Shown here one piece after another: positions 24,701-36,307 of a stretch of 64,000 nucleotides of DNA. A program made the position numbers and the translations under genes. Under the pieces are notes generated by a model, which was given only the letters and a program-made list of their open reading frames with translations, did no database searches and was not told the origin of the DNA. Position 1 is the stretch's first letter. Each line of letters opens with the position of its first letter. The stretch lies in assembly GCA_002269645.1 (NCBI GenBank), contig NIVC01000958.1:186001-250000 (forward strand), in the 5' to 3' direction. Origin of the DNA: Macrostomum lignano (taxonomy: Eukaryota).

Positions 24701-27700
24701 CAGTTTGCCAAAACAATATGCATACGTACATGTAGAACCAACTTCGGGCACTTCAGGCACTGCGAGTTCACTCGATTCAGTTGAAGGGTAGGCAGAGGCA
24801 GAGAGCCAGCATTCTGCCTTAAACTGACTAACTGAATTCATTCTCATAGCATCGCTCTATGCAAATAAGCCTGTCAGCTGTTATCAAACCAACAGCTCCA
24901 CTGCTTTCCGCCGCTTCCACCAATAGCTCCGCTGCTTTCCGCCGCTCCCCCAACAGCTCCGCTGCTTTCCGCCGCTCCCCCAACAGCTCCGCTGCTTTCC
25001 GCCGCTCCCCCCAACAGCTCCGCTGCTTTCCGCCGCTCCCCCAACAGCTCCGCTGCTTTCCGCCACTTCCACCAATAGCTCCGCTGCTTTCCGCCGCTCC
25101 CCCCAACAGCTCCGCTGCTTTCCGCCACTTCCACCAATAGCTCCGCTGCTTTCCGCCGCTCCCCCAACAGCTCCGCTGCTTTCCGCCGCTCCCCCAACAG
25201 CTCCGCTGCTTTCCGCCGCTCCCCCCAACAGCTCCGCTGCTTTCCGCCGCTCCCCCAACAGCTCCGCTGCTTTCCGCCGCTCCCCCAACAGCTCCGCTGC
25301 TTTCCGCCGCTCCCCCAACAGCTCCGCTGCTTTCCGCCGCTCCCCCAACAGCTCCGCTGCTTTCCGCCGCTCCCCCAACAGCTCCGCTGCTTTCCGCCGC
25401 TCCCCCAACAGCTCCGCTGCTTTCGGCGGCTCCCCCCGCATGCCTCCATGCCTCCAGATCTAGATTCCTTGGTTCTATCCGTGATCCAAAATCCAACTAT
25501 ACAATATCTCTATCAATCAAACACTAAGTTTGCTGCTCAATCTGCATTCCATATACCTTGCTTGAGGAGCATATGGATCAGTGAAGTCTAGCCAGTGTCG
25601 TTTAGATCGTCAAAAGCAATACAGCATGGCATTACAATGTATTTCAAGCGATTCAAACGGCTATTACGCTAGTAGCATTCAACAAGATTGGTTTTGGCGC
25701 CACGCAATGTAAAATTTTTGGTACAATGTTACGTCAGTAGATAGGAAGTACTATAATAATTGTAATGCAGAACAGCGGCAGTAGCTAAATAATGACACCC
25801 GAACTTAAATTTTGCGATAATATTACACGCAATAAATAGCATTGACATCGGAAGGCAATAAGTAAAACAGTAATAAGTATAAGCTATTGAATCACGAGTA
25901 CGCGATATGCACCATCACAGTTCGCAGCTAGGCAAATTTTTTTGAAGAGAAAATAACAACAAGGCACACCCAGTATTGTTGAGTTAAAAGTAACAGTTCA
26001 CAATGGGAGGCAATGTCAGATCAGTTCTCTCAGTGCGAGCTCTCTAAAGGCGGCAACAGCGTGCGCCTGGCCAATCACCCCAGCGCCATCCAACAGGCAA
26101 TCCGCGACGCGACTCGCCCGGCCGTAGCCCCGGCGCCAGGGGCCCTGCATCGTGAGCAGCAGGACGTCTTGCACTGGTTGAGAACAGTAGGCCTCCGCGT
26201 GGATGGTGTGGCCCGCCAGCTGATGTCTTCGCCTGCGGAGGGTCTCGCTAGGTGATCGCAGCAGTCTGGCAGCGCGGCGTTCTGCAAGACGGACTCGGAT
26301 GGAGCGGAAGGCCGCCCAGGCCAGGCCCCTGCGTCGCGCCAAGTCCTCCTGGACACTGGGCACAAGATCGCCGGGGTACGTGAAGCACGCGCAGCGAGGT
26401 AGAGCTGCTGCATGACCGTCGGGTGTCCCAGCAGGTGATTTTGATAGGCAGCTCCGCAGGTACAGTCATCACCTCCGTCTTCTCGATGTTCACCGCTAGC
26501 CCGACCGATGCCGCAGCTGCCACCAACCAGGCTGTCTAGCATGCGCTGAGCTCCCTCAGCCGTAGAGGCGGGCAGCGCCAGGTCGTCGGCGTAACCCATG
26601 AGTGACAGCCGCTTCTCCGATTGGCGGCTGCTTGTTTGCCGGCACAGTAGGAAGCTGTCCTCATCTGTTGGCAGGGCCCTACGTAGCACCCCATCGAGCA
26701 CCAACACGAAACGGTTGGACGCAAGCGTGTCGCCTTGCAGCATCCCTGAGGTCGTTTTGAACAGGTCGGATAGTCCGTCAGGTGTCACCACGGCGGCCAG
26801 GGTCTCCTAGAAGAGAGTTATGGTTGCTGCGACCAGTCGCTCCGGCACGTGGTATGACCTCAAGACCGGTGCGAGGACATTCTGAAGAGAGAAAAGAGAA
26901 ATATTATTTTTCACTTCTGAAAAGGATAATTAAATTTTATTAGCAGAGCTACGAGAAAGGGTGAGGCTGAATAGGAAAATAGGGTGGGGCTAGAGGGGCG
27001 AAGAGGGTGGAAGCTGGAGGGGAGGGTGGGGCTAGAGGGTAGGAGGGTGGGGCTGGAGGGAAGGAGGGTGGGCTGGAGGGAAGGAGGGTGGGTCTGGAGG
27101 GTAGGAGGGTGGGTCTGGAGGGAAGAGGGTGAGGCTGGAGGGGAGAAGAGGTTGGAAGCTGGAGGGGAGGGTGGGGCTAGAGGGTAGGAGGGTGGGGCTG
27201 GAGGGAAGGGGGTGGGTCTGGAGGGGAGGAGGGTGAGGCTGGAGGGGAGAAGAGGTTGGAAACTGGAGGGGAGGGTGGGGTTAGAGGGTAGGAGGGTGGG
27301 GCTGGAGGGAAGGGGGTGGGGCTAGAGGGTAGGAGGGTGGGGCTGGAGGGAAGGGGGTGGTGCTGGAGGGGAGAAGAGGGTGGAATTTTGAAGGGAGGGT
27401 AGGGCTAGAGGGTAGGAGGGTGGGGCTGGAGGGGAGAAGAGGGTGAGGCTGGAGGGGAGAAGAGGTTGGAAACTGGAGGGGAGGGTGGGGCTAGAAAGGA
27501 GAAGAGGTTGGAAACTGGAGGGAGGGTGGGGCTAGAGGGTAGGAGGGTGGGGCTGGAGGGTAGGAGGGTGGGGCTGGAGGGTAGGAGGGTGGGGCTGGAG
27601 GGTAGGAGGGTGGGGCTGGAGGGGAGAAGAGGGTGGAAGCTGGAGGGGAGGGTGGGGCTAGAGGGTAGGAGGGTGGGGCTGGAAGGTAGGAGGGTGGGGC

Positions 27701-30700
27701 TGGAGGGGAGAAGAGGGTGGAAGCTGGAGGGGAGGGTGGGGCTAGAGGGTAGGAGGGTGGGCTGGAGGGTAGGAGGGTGGGGCTGGAGGGTAGGAGGGTG
27801 GGGCTGGAGGGAGAAGAGGGTGGAAGCTGGAAGGGAGGGCAGGGCTAGAGGGTAGGAGGGTGGGGCTAGAGGGTAGGAGGGTGGGGCTGGAGGGTAGGAG
27901 GGTGGGGCTGGAGGGGAGAAGAGGGTGGAAGCTGGAAGGGAGGGCAGGGCTAGAGGGTAGGAGGGTGGGGCTGGAGGGAAGGGGTGGGGTGGGGCTACAG
28001 AAGAGAAGAGGGTGGGGCTGGAGGGAAGGAGGGTGGGGCTGGAGGGAAGGAGGGTGGGGCTAGAGAGTAGGAGGTTGGGGCTGGAGGGAAGGAGGGTGGG
28101 GCTAGAGGGTAGGAGGGTGGGGCTGGAGGGTAGGAGGGTGGGGCTGGAGGGTAGAAGGGTGGGGCTGGAGGGTAGGAGGGTGGGGCTGGAGGGGAGAAGA
28201 GGGTGGAAGCTGGAAGGGAGGGCAGGGCTAGAGGGTAGGAGGGTGGGGCTAGAGGGTAGGAGGGTGGGGCTGGAGGGTAGGAGGGTGGGGCTGGAGGGGA
28301 GAAGAGGGTGGAAGCTGGAAGGGAGGGCAGGGCTAGAGGGTAGGAGGGTGGGGCTGGAGGGAAGGGGGTGGGGTGGGGCTACAGAAGAGAAGAGGGTGGG
28401 GCTGGAGGGAAGGAGGGTGGGGCTGGAGGGAAGGAGGGTGGGGCTAGAGAGTAGGAGGTTGGGGCTGGAGGGAAGGAGGGTGGGGCTAGAGGGTAGGAGG
28501 GTGGGGCTGGAGGGTAGGAGGGTGGGGCTGGAGGGTAGGAGGGTGGGGCTGGAGGGTAGGAGGGTGGGGCTGGAGGGGAGAAGAGGGTGGAAGCTGGAAG
28601 GGAGGGCAGGGCTAGAGTGTAGGAGGGTGGGGCTAGAGGGAAGGAGGGTGGGGCTAGAGGGTAGGAGGGTGGGGCTGGAGGGAAGGAGGGTGGGGCTAGA
28701 GGGTAGGAGGGTTGGGCTAGAGGGGAGAAGAGGGTGGAAGCTGGAGGGGAGGGTTGGGGCTAGAGGAAAGGGGTGGGGCTGGAGGGAAGGGGAGGGGCTG
28801 GAGGGAAGAGGTAGGGCTGGAGGGAATGGGTGGGGCTGGAAGGAAGGGGTGGGGCTAGAGAGAAGGGATTGGTCCAGAGGAGAGAAAAGGGTGGAAGCTG
28901 GAAGGGAGGGCGGGGCTAGAGGGAAGGAGGGTGGGGCTGGAGGGAAGGATAGTGGGACTAGAGGCTAGGAAGGTGGGGCTAGAGGGTAGGAGGGTGAGAT
29001 TATGAAAAAAGGGTAAGAATTTAATGGGAAAACATTGTGGGACTGGGGAGGAGGGTAATACTGAAGGGAAAAGAAGGTGAGGCTTTAGAGAAGAGAATAT
29101 GGGCTAGAAAGAAAAAGGTAAGGCCTAGCATTAGAGGGGAAGAAAAGGTCACAACTAGAGGGATATCATGACTTTATATAGTGGCAATGAATAGTTATTA
29201 CTTAGTCTATAGTTGATTAGACTATGGCTAATTATTTCAAAAAGATTTTTATTTTAGGCATGCTTTATCTTATATAGTTATATTCCTACTTTTGATTCCC
29301 ATAAAACAATATTATTAAAACATTTTAATATAATACATTATAAACATAGGCTAGGCTTAGGTCTTATAAAAAGATAGGCCTAAGCTACTTAAATTAAAGA
29401 AGGACCAAATGAATTTTAGATCCAAAGAAAAAAAAAGATTCTTAATCTTATTATCATTAAAAAACATATTCTAATATAGCATAAAGGCTTTATAACACAA
29501 AAGAAAAGAAAATATTTTAGACTTAGACCTACTAGTCAATAGTAGAAAATAATCAATGATTTGAAATAGAAGGCTTTGTATTACTATTAGGTAAAAAATT
29601 ACTAGGTAGGTAGTTTTTATCTATTGCTATTAGATTTTAGAAGCCTAGAAAGCTTATTAAATATGCATTTTGCCTAGGCTAAACAAAAAATAGGATATAG
29701 TTATGTAAATTTTAAATGATTCCAAAGTCTAAAGAGCAATAAATAAATCTAAGCCTAACTAATTGGCAAGTGGTAAAATTTTATGTATAGGCAGGCTTAT
29801 TTTAATAGCTAGCTAAAATGCAATTTGAATTGTACACTTGTTTACCAATATCACCCACGGTGGCTTATAGAACCGGCTGGTGCATACGTGCGCAAATGTA
29901 TTAAATACAACGTAAAATAAAGCCAGAAATACATGCAGCGCTACACCGCTGCATTCATTACTGGGCTGCAAGGCCGTGTTTTCCGAGGATAGAATGGCCT
30001 CACGAGTGGGACACGGCTGCCTTAACCGACAGGGCAGCCGCAAGCATCCAGCTGAGCACAGGTTGGCTCGATTTTCCGCATCTGTTTCCGGCCGCATCCG
30101 GGAAGCTGATCAGAGCCGGAAGCTGCTCACTGCAGTCCGTAAAGCTCACCAGTCCGAGCACCTCGCCATCAATGGTAAGATTGATAGCTCTGAGTGAACC
30201 GCAGGAGACTGACAAGTTCGTACTCTGGACAGTATGGTGTCTGGAATTCAAGTGTAAAGAGTTGTGAAATTTGATTTAATTAGCGAGCCAATTGTTCTCA
30301 TAGCAGATGAACTGCTATTCTCAACTTAAGAAACTCACAGCTTATCAGCATCCTCGAACTCAGCCATTTTGCAGCCAGCTTCTGCACCGCAGTTCAGGTA
30401 GAAGACCTTCTTGGTCATGTGCTCATAGAACAGTCCGATGCGAAGCCTCTGTGCGAGATTCAGCGGCTCCTTGATGCGGGTGCTCAGGCCGGAGCCGACG
30501 CGAGTTCGCTGGCCTGAAGCCGGTGTTCAAGTGGAGTGAAATTGTGCGAGAGTTAAGCTGTGCTGTCTACAATCCAAAGTAAACAGCGATGTTCAATAGT
30601 GGACACTGTGCGTGATAAACTGATAATGATAATGGCAATGAACGCCATGTAGATTCTACTTCAAGTTAGTATTGCAGGCGTGGAATATGCATCTCTAGTA

Positions 30701-33700
30701 GTGCGTTACCGCACCTATTTACTGAGATTTACTGAACACAGCAGTGCTCGGCACTGTACGAGCGTAGTAATTTACTACAATTTAATAGTTTGAGCGCGGG
30801 CGAACAGCCGCCCCAAATGAATCACCGCCGGCTTATAAGCACACAGAGCAACCACCCCCAACCAACACCGACCCCAAGGCCAAGCTGGGCTGGCTGACTA
30901 AAGCCGGTTTACACTGCCGCAACAAACCCGTGCATAATAAGTAAACCATTTTTGACTCCACGAATTGTTTTAAAAGCCACCGGTTCACTCCAGCTTACTC
31001 TCTGTGACGAAGTTCTGCAGAGCCGCGGAGCTGTTGAAGCTGGCGAGCCTCATGACTCCGCTGTCAGCGCTCATCGCAGCCAGCTCAGCAGTCAGGGACC
31101 GACGAACCGGTCCAGTGGTGTAGCAGTTGCTCTCAAAATTAGTCATGCTTCTGCCGCAGAACCCCGGCTCCATCAGGCGAATTTGCAGAGCCGGGATATA
31201 CGCTGAGCTTCTCCGATTCAGCCAGAATGAGACCGTCAGGTAGCTCCTACAGTTTGATGTAGAGTGCAGTGATTAGTTTCGAGTAAGAAATTGATTTAAA
31301 AAAACTTTTTTCAGCATCGGCCCAGCTCTCTCGTACCCTTTCGTCAGTTGCAGCACGCGCAGCATCTCCAGCTCCACGGGCTTTGGCTCGCTTGTTGAAG
31401 GCGACGAGCAAGTTGCTGGAGATGCATTGGGGTTTGTAATGGCACATAAGAAATGAAAGCATTTGACCGGTTTTATTGAGTTCAAGCTAGCAGTCAGCAG
31501 TATGGGTCAACAACCACACAGACTGCTCGTTCACAGATATGGTTAGAATTGGAAGTTGAAAACCAATAATTTAACTACATGTTTAACTGTGCTCAAAGCG
31601 CTCTGCTTACAGTCCGAAGCATTCGAGTGCAGTTCGTATCGCATCAGTTGATGCTGTGTAGGCGAGTCCACAGATCGTGTCCACCTCTGCTGTTTAACGT
31701 GAGCCTCCGTGTCAAAGCCAGTCAGAACCACTACGACTTTGTCAAGATGGTCAGTCAGAATCTTCCATTTGCAGTTGAGGCCTTCCTCAGGCACAGGGTC
31801 TGCGTCAGTTTTAGGAATGATTCGATCTTCAGTGAACTCAAGGCTGAGCTGGATCTCATTGGTGTTGCCACGGGGAAAGCAGTACTGGTTGCCTGCCAGA
31901 GCGCTGTGGATAAGAACGGGCGGGACAGTAGATTTGGTGTGGTAAATTTAGTGTTGAAAGTTAATGCAGACGCATCCTATTTATGATCTTAGGTAAGATA
32001 TACGCAAAATATTAAATACTTAGTTTTGTGGCATTGTGGTGAGTAGCTAAGAGATTTTAGAAATGAAAGAAATGACATCGAAACTTTGGTAAAATTGTTG
32101 TTTTGCTTTTACCCTTAGCAATCAGTATGATGACCCAATCAGTATGATGACCCAATCAGTAGGATGACCCAATCAGTATGATGACCCAATCAGTATGATG
32201 ACCCAATCAGTATGATGACCCAATCAGTATGATGACCCAATCAGTATGATGACCCAATCAGTATGATGACCCAATCAGTATGATGACCCAATCAGTATGA
32301 TGACCCAATCAGTATGATGACCCAATCAGTATGATGACCCAATCAGTATGATGACCCAATCAGTATGATGACCCAATCAGTATGATGACCCAATCAGTAT
32401 GATGACCCAATCAGTATGATGACCCAATCAGTATGATGACCCAAATCAGTATGATGACCCAATCAGTATGATGACCCAATCAGTATGATGACCCAATCAG
32501 TATGATGACCCAATCAGTATGATGACCCAATCAGTATGATGACCCAATCAGTATGATGACCCAATCAGTATGATGACCCAATCAGTATGATGACCCAATC
32601 AGTATGATGACCCAATCAGTATGATGACCCAATCAGTATGATGACCCAATCAGTATGATGACCCAATCAGTATGATGACCCAAATCAGTATGATGACCCA
32701 ATCAGTATGATGACCCAATCAGTATGATGACCTAAATCAGTATGATGACCCAATCAGTATGATGACCCAATCAGTATGATGACCTAAATCAGTATGATGA
32801 TCCAATCAGTATGATGACCCAATCAGTATGATGACCCAATCAGTATGATGACCCAATCAGTATGATGACCCAAATCAGTATGATGACCCAATCAGTATGA
32901 TGACCCAATCAGTATGATGACTCAATCAGTATGATGACCCAATCAGTATGATGACCCAATCAGTATGATGACCCAATCAGTATGATGACCCAATCAGTAT
33001 GATGACCCAAATCAGTATGATGACCCAATCAGTATGATGACCCAACCAGTATGATGACCCAATCAGTATGATGACCCAATCAGTATGATGACCCAATCAG
33101 TATGATGACCCAATCAGTATGATGACCCAATCAGTATGATGACCCAAATCAGTATGATGACCTAAATCAGTATGATGATCCAATCAGTATGATGACCCAA
33201 TCAGTATGATGACCCAATCAGTATGATGACCCAATCAGTATGATGACCCAATCAGTATGATGACCCAATCAGTATGATGACCCAATCAGTATGATGACCC
33301 AATCAGTATGATGACCCAATCAGTATGATGACCCAATCAGTATGATGACCCAATCAGTATGATGACCCAATCAGTATGATGACCCAATCAGTATGATGAC
33401 CCAATCAGTATGATGACCCAATCAGTATGATGACCCAATCAGTATGATGACCCAATCAGTATGATGACCCAATCAGTATGATGACCCAATCAGTATGATG
33501 ACCCAATCAGTATGATGACCCAATCAGTATGATGACCCAATCAGTATGATGACCCAATCATTATGATGATCCAATCAGTATGATGACCCAATCAGTATGA
33601 TGACCCAATCAGTATGATTCACCCCAAGCAAAAACCGGATTCCGCAACAGAAATTCCAGCTGGTGCAAGAAATTAAGCGTCGCATCACTCACATTTGAAA

Positions 33701-33748
33701 TGTGGCAGACAGCAGCAGAAGAGTCGCCAGGCTTCTGCCAATCGCCAT
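15733..33748 (-). CDS. CUB-like + CTLD + TM receptor family, copy B/C, interrupted by the foldback element
   Basis: Exons 33748-33693 (MAIGRSLATLLLLSATFQ signal peptide), 31903-31611, 31415-31337, 31246-30999, 30513-30339, and 30240-30020 + 15974-15733. Intron phases 2,1,2,1,2 are consistent and there are no stops. CUB-like motifs: NCKWKILTD..VVVVLTGFDTE and GSYLTVSF. CTLD-like motifs: C...FESNCY, LASFNS, LRIGLF and C..DC. TM segment: MRLIMVLLGTPVGIILALLLALMLLFM-RRR. Confidence 0.85.
17008..18750. repeat. 21-bp-based polypyrimidine minisatellite (CCCTCCAGCCCCACCCTCCTA), left arm
   Basis: Tandem units with variant blocks. Produces the artefactual LEGRRVG ORFs. Confidence 0.95.
18846..19720 (+). 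pseudogene. Decayed non-LTR retrotransposon RT fragment (RTE/RTE-X-like), left arm
   Basis: GMLQGDTLA..FVLVLD..LR, GYADDLAL, VGLAVNIEKTEVM and F.Y.G..V.S..EDLARRRGLAWAAF are spread over three frames. In-frame TAG at 18921-18923. Confidence 0.85.
20290..22125. repeat. ~30-bp G-rich satellite (GCGGCGGAAAGCAGCGGAGCTGTTGGGGGA), left arm, ~60 copies
   Basis: Tandem units with a variable G-run and a TATTGGTGGAAGTGG variant. All three frames are open, which is a repeat artefact. Confidence 0.95.
22829..23455 (-). pseudogene. Mariner (DD34D) transposase 3' fragment with probable TIR
   Basis: KLMIIACYD..GI, HDNASSH and YSPDLSPCDF are present, with 34 residues between the last two catalytic Asp. A TA-CCGAGGGTCATCTCAAAAGTTTC TIR-like end lies at ~22828-22852. 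The fragment is frameshifted and 5'-truncated. Confidence 0.85.
24895..25435. repeat. Same 30-bp satellite, right arm, ~18 copies
   Basis: Reverse complement of 20290-22125 but about 1.3 kb shorter. Confidence 0.95.
26010..26885 (-). pseudogene. Mirror copy of the RTE-like RT fragment, right arm
   Basis: ORFs mirror 18939-19717 (coordinate sum 45730), with the same stop codon at 26807-26809. Confidence 0.85.
26980..28995. repeat. 21-bp-based polypurine minisatellite, right arm
   Basis: Mirror of 17008-18750 but about 270 bp longer. Confidence 0.95.
32119..33617. repeat. 17-bp minisatellite (AATCAGTATGATGACCC), ~88 copies, in intron 1 of copy B/C
   Basis: Near-perfect tandem units with occasional CAAATC/CTAAATC variants. 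Confidence 0.97.
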
Positions 33749-34675
33749 CTGCAGATTCAGTCGCATGTCGCTCGCTTCCGGCACCTAAAAATCGCGATGT
33801 GAGGTGGACGCTGCATGCAGGAGATTGTGTGTCCGCTCAGCATTTATAGGTAAAGACGTGAAACTGCCGAACAAGCTGGATATTCGTAAATGCCATCAAA
33901 CTTCTAGTACACGTACGAGCCTACTTCTAATTTAAGTATTTTAGTGTTTTAGTACCCGGATGTAGTGACACAATTAACTTGGCTGTTTGTTAACCCAACC
34001 CTGAGACCAAGGAATTTCACATGCAATAAGCGTCTAGATTTGACTTTTTATTTGATTTTAAATATAAAATTGCATCTGCTGAGACAGACTCAGCCTTTGG
34101 TCTGACTTTCATGAGCATAATTATATTCTAGTGACTCTAATGAACCCCTGTAGCTATGATACTACATGCATTACAAAGAAATCTAATCAATCAATCAATC
34201 AATCAATCAAATCAATCAGTTGAATACGAAAATCATTTAGCAATCGAAGTACAATACACAATACACAGCCCTAATCAAACGACAGTAGAAAGTTCCGTGG
34301 GAACAAAAAATATTTTGTTTAACATTCTTAACTACTATTTTTTCTTCATTCTATCTTTCCTTAAACAAATATTATTTGACAAAAGAGGACACTTTAACAT
34401 TGCCATCAAATAATGCTCAAATTTCTTAAAAATTATGGTAACTAAGTGTGCACGAAACTCAACTCACTGTCCATGTGGACTCATACTCACCAAGAGATGT
34501 TGGCCAACTCCAGCTTCTTGCAGACTTTATAAGAGAAAATTTAGGAAGGGAGCACCACGGAAAACCCATGATTTTACAGGCCAACTCTGTGGCAGATCCA
34601 AGAAAAATCCAAGTAAACCCACGGCTTTTCCGCGGCTCCAATAACACCTAACGGCCGTGGGCTAGCCAGACAATC
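33620..34675. repeat. Paralogous exon 1/upstream region, homologous to 4130-5162
   Basis: Collinear identity blocks, e.g. TGGTAACTAA.TGTGCACGAAACTCAACTCACTGTCCATGTGGACTC and ACGGCCGTGGGCTAGCCAGACAATC. Confidence 0.9.
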
Positions 34676-34894
34676 CACTAAACAAAAAATACGTGGCTAG
34701 CTAGTGAGTCCACGTGTGGACCCACACAGGCTAGCCCTTGCGAGTCCACACAGTGCGCACAGTGATAGTACGCTAGATATGCTAAGGAACGCTGCTATTG
34801 GTCCGTGTGGGCTAGGGTGGGCTGGTCGAGTGCACCCGCGGACGGGAATGAGAAGTCTGGGAATTCCTTGAGTGCTAAAAATAGGCACCGCTAA

Positions 34895-34960
34895 AAATTG
34901 GTCGAGTGGCCAGTGGGCCTAACTCGAAATTGGAAGGTTTGAGGTTCGAATCCTGCTAGA
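34895..34960 (+). mobile_element. tRNA-derived, SINE-head-like RNA polymerase III promoter
   Basis: A-box-like TGGTCGAGTGG at 34899-34909 and B-box GGTTCGAATCC at 34943-34953. No convincing full cloverleaf. Confidence 0.45.
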
Positions 34961-36307
34961 CAAAATATTATCTTAATGTAAATATTGTGCGTGTAAAAAA
35001 AGCAGAACATGCAGAAAAGCAGAAATTAGAATTTGAGTGAACAAACGTTAAATTATGGTAATGAGGATTATTATTAAGATTAGAGGATTGTTAAGTTCAA
35101 GCGATGAAAATACACGTATTAGAAAAGTAGTATCGAAAGAGTGAAAATTATTATTTATTCGAACTGCCAATCGAAAATAAATTAGTGATAAAAAAATAGT
35201 TATCATAAATATATAAATTTTATAATTTTTAAATAAAATATATAAATTTTTTTATTTATTTATAATTTATTTATTTATTTATTTATTTATTTATAATTTA
35301 TTTAATTTATTTATAAATATTTATTTATAGCTATAAATATTTATAGTGATAAATAAAAAACAGTGGAAATGATTTTTTTTAATTTTAGTATTAGCACCCA
35401 TACTTCTTCGTCTGTAATCATATTACTTTAAATCAGTAGCTCATTTTGGGATTGTAGAATTTAAGTGATTAAGCTCGCGATAATGTATTGGAGAGCCACT
35501 CATAAGCCAAATTGATATTAGGTTAGCCAATAGCCTAAACTAAGATGCACAGGGAGGGCCCCTTGCGTGCACGCGCTCGCAGCTCACACTGCTGCTAATA
35601 TCAGCAGCAGTCTGAAGGGTAAGCTCAACTGCCTGCAAGTTAGCGATGTGACAGTCCATTAGTGTGGCAGTTGCAGGCCTAAAGTAACTCTCATGAAGTC
35701 ACGGACTCATGGTCTCTATTTTATTGGCTTGTTTTTCTTTTGGCACGGTTTGAGTCTAGCAGTACTAATATTAAACACATAGTAATCTTTTGTAACACTT
35801 GGGGTGAAGCACATTTAGTTCCTGTCATATTTATTGTCATTGAAGTCGAAGATCAATTATATATACCGGTACCGTATCGACTTCCGGTACCGGTACTGTA
35901 TCTTATTTTTTAAAAATTAGATTCTATGTTTGAAAGTTTAACTGTTGTGCTACCTTAGATACATCTCATATTTTATCAAAGTTGCTTCTCTGCCCACTTA
36001 TTCTGCTTTCAGTTACTCGGCATGTACAGTAGGAGAGTCAAGTGTTTTTTGAAAATTATATTGACTTCTGTAGAAACGGACTGAACGATCCTTCACTGAT
36101 TATAAAATATGAAAGATTTTATACTTGGAAACGCATTGCGCTGCATTTAGTTGTGTGGCGGTGGTGACTGCATGCGCTGCATGCACTACTCAATAGTAAA
36201 TCTTAAAGTGTCTTGTTCGCTTTGAATTTTTGTTTACTCTAGTACTGTAAGTAGAACGGTATTGTACATTAGTGCTAGAAAGTAAAAAATCAAGAAGAAA
36301 ATTCAAA

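Larger units (their letters stand above)
15982..30019. mobile_element. 14-kb non-autonomous foldback DNA transposon with 7-bp TSD (P/Galileo-like by structure)
   Basis: Arms 15982-22672 and 24339-30019 are reverse complements. Ends are CAGCCGTGTCCCACTCGTGAGG / CCTCACGAGTGGGACACGGCTG. CCTTAAC flanks both sides (15975-15981, 30020-30026). The reconstructed empty site reads in frame as SWMLAAALSVKEKQTSANPIRMRL. Confidence 0.85.

Noticed and set aside
34895-34960. Functional tRNA gene
   Set aside because: A and B boxes are present, but I could not fold acceptor and anticodon stems.
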